64,000 nt of DNA from positions 2,870,899-2,934,898 of the forward strand of contig CAWCKY010000006.1 in NCBI GenBank assembly GCA_963796275.1, given 5' to 3'. Below, piece after piece: positions 59,163 through 64,000 of this stretch. The notes beneath the pieces are model-generated. The model was not told the origin of the DNA. It was given only the letters and a program-made list of their open reading frames with translations, and did no database searches. The translations under genes were made by a program, and so were the position numbers. Source of the DNA: an uncultured Acidobacteriota bacterium. GTDB lineage: Bacteria > Acidobacteriota > Blastocatellia > RBC074. Position 1 is the first letter of the stretch. Each line of letters opens with the position of its first letter.

Positions 59163-60509
59163 TCAGCGCCCTGTCGCTTCCACACTCAGGTTGCTCTCCG
59201 TATTTTCCACCACGTGACCGCCGTGCGTATAGCGGACGCATAGGATGCGGTGGCCTTCCATGCTTTCAACGGTAAAAATCGCGCCTTTATACTCGACCAC
59301 TTCGCCCTGTCCTACGAGACGCCCTGCCTGAGCATGTAGAAAACCGGCGATTGTCATGTATTTCTCGCTCTCAGGCAGGCCAAGACCTAGTCGGCGGTTG
59401 GCGTCACGCACTGCAAGCATGCCGTCGAGCAGGTATCCTCCCTTAATCTCCTGAATCTGCGACGCGACTTCCTCGTCGTACTCGTCGCTGATCTCGCCGA
59501 CGATCTCTTCGAGGAGGTCTTCGAGCGTGACGATGCCTTCCAACCCGCCGTGCTCATCTATCACAAAGGCAAGATGGCTGCGCGCCGCCTGCATCTGTTT
59601 GAGCGCCGTTCCGAGCTTGGACGTGATCAGAATGAAGAAAGGCGGATGAGCCAGTTCTTCCAACTTGAAATCAGCTTCGGGTCTACCTTCCAGGTAAGGC
59701 TCCAGGTCTCGTCTGACGAGCACGCCGACGATCTTGTCCAGATTTTCGCGGTATACCGGCAGGCGCGAGTAGCCATGTGTACGGAAAGCCCGTTTCGCTT
59801 CTTCCAGAGTGGCGGTGACGGGCAAGGCGGCCACGTCGAAACGCGGGATCATTGCTTCGCGCACCTCGGCATCGGAGAAGTCAAAGACACGATTGATAAG
59901 CGTCTGCTCCTCTTCCCCAAGAGTGCCGCTTTTCCTCGACACTTCGATCAGGTGCCTCAACTCCTCCTCCGTGTAAACGGAGGCATGCTCACTCGAAGGG
60001 CGCAGCCCGAACAGACGCACGGCGCGGGTACCCGCCCAATCGAGTAGGCGGATCGGCCAGTAGAAGACCTTATAGAACAACTGCATCGGCAGCGCGATAG
60101 CGAGCGCGACCTTTTCAGCGCGCTCAAGCGCGAGCGTTTTGGGAGCCAGTTCGCCGAGCACGATGTGCAGAAAAGTAATCACGATGAAAGCGATGGTGAG
60201 GGCGATAGTGTGCCGGACGGCATCCGAAACGCGCCCTTCGAGCGGCGCTTCCAGCAGATGCGCGAAGACCGGCTCGCCGATCCAGCCCAAGGCGAGCGAG
60301 GCCATCGTGATGCCGAGTTGTGTGGCGGAAATGTAGGCGTTGAGGTTGTCTATCAATTCGAGCAGTATCCTCGCCCGGCGGTTCCCACTATTGGCCAGCA
60401 TCATTATGCGCGAGCGACGGACGCTGACGAGCGCGAACTCCGAAGCCACGAAGAACCCGTTCGCTAGAACTAGCAGGAAGACAAGGAGAATATAAAGAGT
60501 GGTAAGCAT
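59163..60509 (-). CDS. CNNM/CorC/TlyC hemolysin-family protein (DUF21-CBS-CorC)
   Basis: NGFFVASEFALV, QLGIT, GELAPK, MIPR, YSRLPV, DEHGGLEGIVTLEDLLEEIVGEI. Confidence 0.92.
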   Translation of the reverse strand: MLTTLYILLVFLLVLANGFFVASEFALVSVRRSRIMMLANSGNRRARILLELIDNLNAYISATQLGITMASLALGWIGEPVFAHLLEAPLEGRVSDAVRHTIALTIAFIVITFLHIVLGELAPKTLALERAEKVALAIALPMQLFYKVFYWPIRLLDWAGTRAVRLFGLRPSSEHASVYTEEELRHLIEVSRKSGTLGEEEQTLINRVFDFSDAEVREAMIPRFDVAALPVTATLEEAKRAFRTHGYSRLPVYRENLDKIVGVLVRRDLEPYLEGRPEADFKLEELAHPPFFILITSKLGTALKQMQAARSHLAFVIDEHGGLEGIVTLEDLLEEIVGEISDEYDEEVASQIQEIKGGYLLDGMLAVRDANRRLGLGLPESEKYMTIAGFLHAQAGRLVGQGEVVEYKGAIFTVESMEGHRILCVRYTHGGHVVENTESNLSVEATGR

Positions 60510-60647
60510 TCGGTTCCACGAATGAATGCTTTGCGCGCCGCGCGGTAACTCTAGACCGCTTCGGGCAAAGACATCGTTTCCGGTTTCAAAGGGAAGTTTG
60601 CGCGATAACAGAATATCAATCAACCTCTTTACGTCGCTGACCAGCGC

Positions 60648-61964
60648 TTAGACTGAAGATGGATTGTGAGGGAACTGAGTTACCATAACCTTGTCCACAC
60701 GCCTGCGATCCATATCCATGATTTCAAAGCGCCAGCCGCCGACATCCACGCGGTCGGCGACCGCCGGGACACGACCGAGTCGCATCATCAGAAACCCGCC
60801 CAGCGTTTGAAAATCGCCTTCCTCCTCACCCGGCAGTTGTTTGAGTTGTAAGGTCTGTTTGAGTTGGTTGATGGACAGCGCCCCATCCAGCAGGAAAGAG
60901 CCGTCCTCACGCCGGACGACGGATGGTTCCTCCTGTTCATCCATCGAAGGAATATCGCCGACCAGGGCGTCGAGAATATCATTGACAGTCACTAGCCCTT
61001 CGACGCCGCCATGCTCGTCAATCACAATCGCCATATGACGCCGGGATGATTTGAACATCTCGATGGCTTTGAAGGCGGGCAGCGTGTCTGGGAAATAGAG
61101 CGCAGGGATCATCGCGGCTTTCAGATCAAATGGTTGATTGGTGAACTCACGGGCGAGTAAATCTTTCGCCCGCACGACGCCGACGACGTTGTCCGCCGCG
61201 CCCTGAATGACCGGGTAGCGCGAGAGGCGATTGCTGCTAATAACCTCTTTGATGACTTCCGGCGGATCGTCGAGATCGAGAAAGACGACGTCGGGGCGTG
61301 GCACCATCAATTCGTTGACTGTGCGGTCGCCCAGATGGAAGGTGCGCTCGATCAGGTCGCGCTCCGCTTCCTGAAAGACTCCCGCTCTAATGCCCTGTTC
61401 GATCAGGATTTTGATTTCATCTTCAGTCACCGGCGGGTCGCTCGATTCGCGCAGACCAAAAAGTCGCAGCAATCCGTTGGTCGAGCCTTCCAGCAGCCTC
61501 ACCAGCGGCGCTGCGAGCGCTGATAGTCTCTTCATCGGCGCGGCCACCGCCGCAGCGATCTTTTCGGGACTGTGCAGCGCCAGCCGCTTCGGAATTAACT
61601 CGCCGATGACCAGAGAGAAGTAGGTGATGACCAGTACGACCAGTCCGAAGCTGATGTTATCAGCATAAGGCTCGATGGCGGGAAATCTTTTGAGCGGCGG
61701 CGCTAGCTTCTCGGCAATGGTTGCGCCGCCGAAAGCTCCCGCCAGAATGCCGACCAGCGTAATGCCGATTTGAACCGTAGAGAGAAAGGAGCCGGGGTTG
61801 GCAGCGAGTTCAAGGGCGGCTCGCGCCCCTTTATCGCCGTCAGCGGCCCGCTTATGCAGGCGCGCCTGGCGCGCGGAAACGACCGCCATTTCAGACATTG
61901 AAAAAAGGCCGTTAGCGATCAGCAAGACGATAATGAAGATGATTTCAAACGTAATGTCGCCCAT
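60648..61964 (-). CDS. CNNM/CorC/TlyC hemolysin-family protein
   Basis: NGLFSMSEMAVVS, STVQIGIT, GELIPKR, MVPR, SRYPV, DEHGGVEG, FQTLGG. Confidence 0.92.
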   Translation of the reverse strand: MGDITFEIIFIIVLLIANGLFSMSEMAVVSARQARLHKRAADGDKGARAALELAANPGSFLSTVQIGITLVGILAGAFGGATIAEKLAPPLKRFPAIEPYADNISFGLVVLVITYFSLVIGELIPKRLALHSPEKIAAAVAAPMKRLSALAAPLVRLLEGSTNGLLRLFGLRESSDPPVTEDEIKILIEQGIRAGVFQEAERDLIERTFHLGDRTVNELMVPRPDVVFLDLDDPPEVIKEVISSNRLSRYPVIQGAADNVVGVVRAKDLLAREFTNQPFDLKAAMIPALYFPDTLPAFKAIEMFKSSRRHMAIVIDEHGGVEGLVTVNDILDALVGDIPSMDEQEEPSVVRREDGSFLLDGALSINQLKQTLQLKQLPGEEEGDFQTLGGFLMMRLGRVPAVADRVDVGGWRFEIMDMDRRRVDKVMVTQFPHNPSSV

Positions 61965-62332
61965 GTCTCAATTATGAAACCTCAGTTACGGAAGTTTGTG
62001 GAAACTTTGCGCGCCGCAAACATTTACTGTAGCCCGCTCAAAATACTATGCTGCCGGCCTTCAGGCGAAAAGCAAAAAAATGATATTGCGCAGGTATATC
62101 AATTCATATTCCTGATTCGCCGCATATTGCCTTATGTACGACCCGCCAAGACATCGTAGGCATTTAACCGCCAAGATATCGTGGACAAAATAATCCTCGT
62201 GCCCGCCTCGTAAAGACTTGATTGGCGGTACGCTAAATAGCAGAGCCTTTGATAAGATAGATTTGTAAATCGGATGCGCAGGAGACTACTGGGAGGGTCA
62301 TCTCGCGTGACATTTAAGGGAAGCCGAGCAAG

Positions 62333-62774
62333 ATGGGAACAAGACTGATTCATTTAGCTGCCGCGTTGCTGCTCGCCTGGCCGTTGAGCGCCTGTCAGGC
62401 GACCAGTCCTGTCGTGCTCAGTGAAGATCAGATCAAAAAGATTAAAGTGTTATGGGCGAGGCTTCCCACTCACACAAGTTTTCCGTGGAGTCAAGCCTCC
62501 CTCCCTTGCCCCAGATGGCAGTCCTCAATTTAACGCAGGATACACGGCCACCGCTTCAGATGACGAAGTGCGACGTTTCTACATCGAAGAGTTTGCAAGA
62601 AGCGGCTGGCAATCCATTCGAGAAAGGGAGCTCAAAGACAGGGGCCGGACTAAAGGGGAGCGCTTAATTGAGTTCCAAAAGAACGAGTATGAGCTTGATA
62701 TTAAATATGCGGGCGAGAGGGAGATGGAACTGGGTTGGGCGTATCAGATTGAATTGAGCTGGCTTGCCGAATGA
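62333..62774 (+). pseudogene. lipoprotein split by a frameshift
   Basis: Lipobox LSA-C in the ORF at 62333; a protein-like C-terminal half (DDEVRRFYIEEFARSGW...YQIELSW) is in the +1 frame. Confidence 0.55.
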
Positions 62775-62819
62775 GGTCCATTCAACAAGCTCTGCATCTG
62801 CAAGGAGAGTCAAGAGGGT

Positions 62820-63860
62820 ATGTTAATTCGACCGAAACCGTCTCGGATCTTGTTTTTGCTCGTCGTGTTTGCACTGCCGGCTTTCGCCGTCGTACCGCAG
62901 GATGGCGAGGAAACCATTGCTGCCGAACGCCATTTCAAGCGCGGGCAGAAGCTCTACCGGTCCGGCCAGACCGAGCAAGCGATTGAAGAACTCTACAGCG
63001 CACTCAGCGTGCGGGAAATCTACTATGAAGCTCAGCTCCTTCTCGGACGCTCTCTGATAGAGGCTAAGCGCTACCGTGAAGCGGCGGCGACTCTGAGGGA
63101 GATAGAACCCCCTGAGCGAAGCGCCGCGGAAGTCCGCAAGCTGTTGGGGAGAGCTTACTACGAGATGAACAGGTTGCGGGAAGCAGCTCGAAACCTCCAA
63201 CACGCAATCGGCTCTTCAAAGCGCCCCGACTATGAACTCCACTACATGCTGGGTCTGGTAAAGCTCCGCCAAGGTGATGCCGAAGGCGCAATCGATGAAG
63301 CGACAAGAGCAGCGGCGCTGAAACCCCGCTTCGTGCCGGCTCGAAAACTTCTGAGCGATGCCTACCTGATGAAAAAAGATTACGGGCGGTCTGAAGAAGC
63401 GCTTAAGCGTTATCTCGCTGGTGTGCGAGACCGAACGGAGGCGGCAGAAATCAAAGAACGTATCGAGGCTTTGAGGAGCCTCGGCCGGGCGAAACCCGAA
63501 AAGTCGGTCCAAAAGCCCATTACACTCCCTCGGATTTATAAGATTCCTCGTCCTGGTTATACCCTGGAGGCTCTCCGCTACAAAGTAGATGGGGCCGTAC
63601 GGCTAGAGGTCCTATTCGGAAGTAACGGCGCTATCAAATACGCCATAGTAGCCCGCGGACTCGGGTTCGGTCTGGATGAAGAGGCGGTGAAGGCGGCGCG
63701 GAGGATAAAGTTCAAGCCAGGAGAAGTTGACGGACAACCAGTGTCACTATGGATGGGAGTAGAACTCGGATTTGCGACAATAGAGATCGAGAGAAAACAA
63801 GGGGTGGATACAAAAATTGCGCTGAGTACCGCAGGCTCGATTCCCGACAGGGGACAATAA
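62820..63860 (+). CDS. TPR-repeat protein with C-terminal TonB domain
   Basis: Signal peptide; several TPR helices; PGYTLEALRYKVDGAVRLEV...GLDEEAVKAARRIKFKPG...GQPV. Confidence 0.85.
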   Translation: MLIRPKPSRILFLLVVFALPAFAVVPQDGEETIAAERHFKRGQKLYRSGQTEQAIEELYSALSVREIYYEAQLLLGRSLIEAKRYREAAATLREIEPPERSAAEVRKLLGRAYYEMNRLREAARNLQHAIGSSKRPDYELHYMLGLVKLRQGDAEGAIDEATRAAALKPRFVPARKLLSDAYLMKKDYGRSEEALKRYLAGVRDRTEAAEIKERIEALRSLGRAKPEKSVQKPITLPRIYKIPRPGYTLEALRYKVDGAVRLEVLFGSNGAIKYAIVARGLGFGLDEEAVKAARRIKFKPGEVDGQPVSLWMGVELGFATIEIERKQGVDTKIALSTAGSIPDRGQ

Positions 63861-64000
63861 CAATGAGCCGTTTATGCCTGCGCAACAACTACCTCTCCTC
63901 GCATTCTTGACTCTGTCAGGCCGTGGCCACTCTTGCATTCGCCTTATTCGTAAAAGGTAAATTCACATAATGCATTGATCCATATCAGTTTTACTCAACT

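Noticed and set aside
1-64000. CRISPR arrays, rRNA, tRNA, prophage, retron/DGR or defence systems
   Set aside because: None seen by eye; the only RT has group II intron domains and flanking intron RNA structure

Overview
A 64 kb bacterial chromosome segment, probably Acidobacteriota (Blastocatellia-like). This taxonomy is inferred from carboxypeptidase-domain TonB receptors, a TPR-TonB protein and a GTAG REP-like palindrome. Block 1 (1-31 kb) is a trehalose/alpha-glucan and osmostress region: treZ-GH57-glgE-treS/pep2-glgB, treY, a USP, a PRC-barrel protein, mscS, a catalytically dead HtrA, a CPA2 antiporter and cpoB. Almost every transcription unit there has a sigma54 -24/-12 motif, and a local histidine kinase/NtrC-family pair sits in the middle. 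Block 2 (31-36 kb) is a halogen/redox cluster: an iodotyrosine-deiodinase-like flavoprotein, DUF1223, a vanadium chloroperoxidase-like enzyme and a UGA-recoded selenocysteine peroxiredoxin-like protein with a SECIS hairpin. Block 3 (36-47 kb) holds TetR plus two ABC-2 exporters, two cation/proton antiporters, nfeD-stomatin and a SorC-family regulator. Block 4 is an intact group II intron followed by a class D beta-lactamase. Block 5 (52-59 kb) is a partly decayed, probably copper-related TonB-receptor locus. It is headed by two paralogous secreted Cys-rich small proteins that end in the RAPP ribosome-arrest motif with identical Cys-to-RAPP spacing, the best candidate here for an undescribed metal-sensing leader-peptide family. 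Block 6 holds two CNNM/CorC proteins, a frameshifted lipoprotein and a TPR-TonB protein. Several genes show clean deletion scars. All calls come from reading motifs by eye; no database searches were run.
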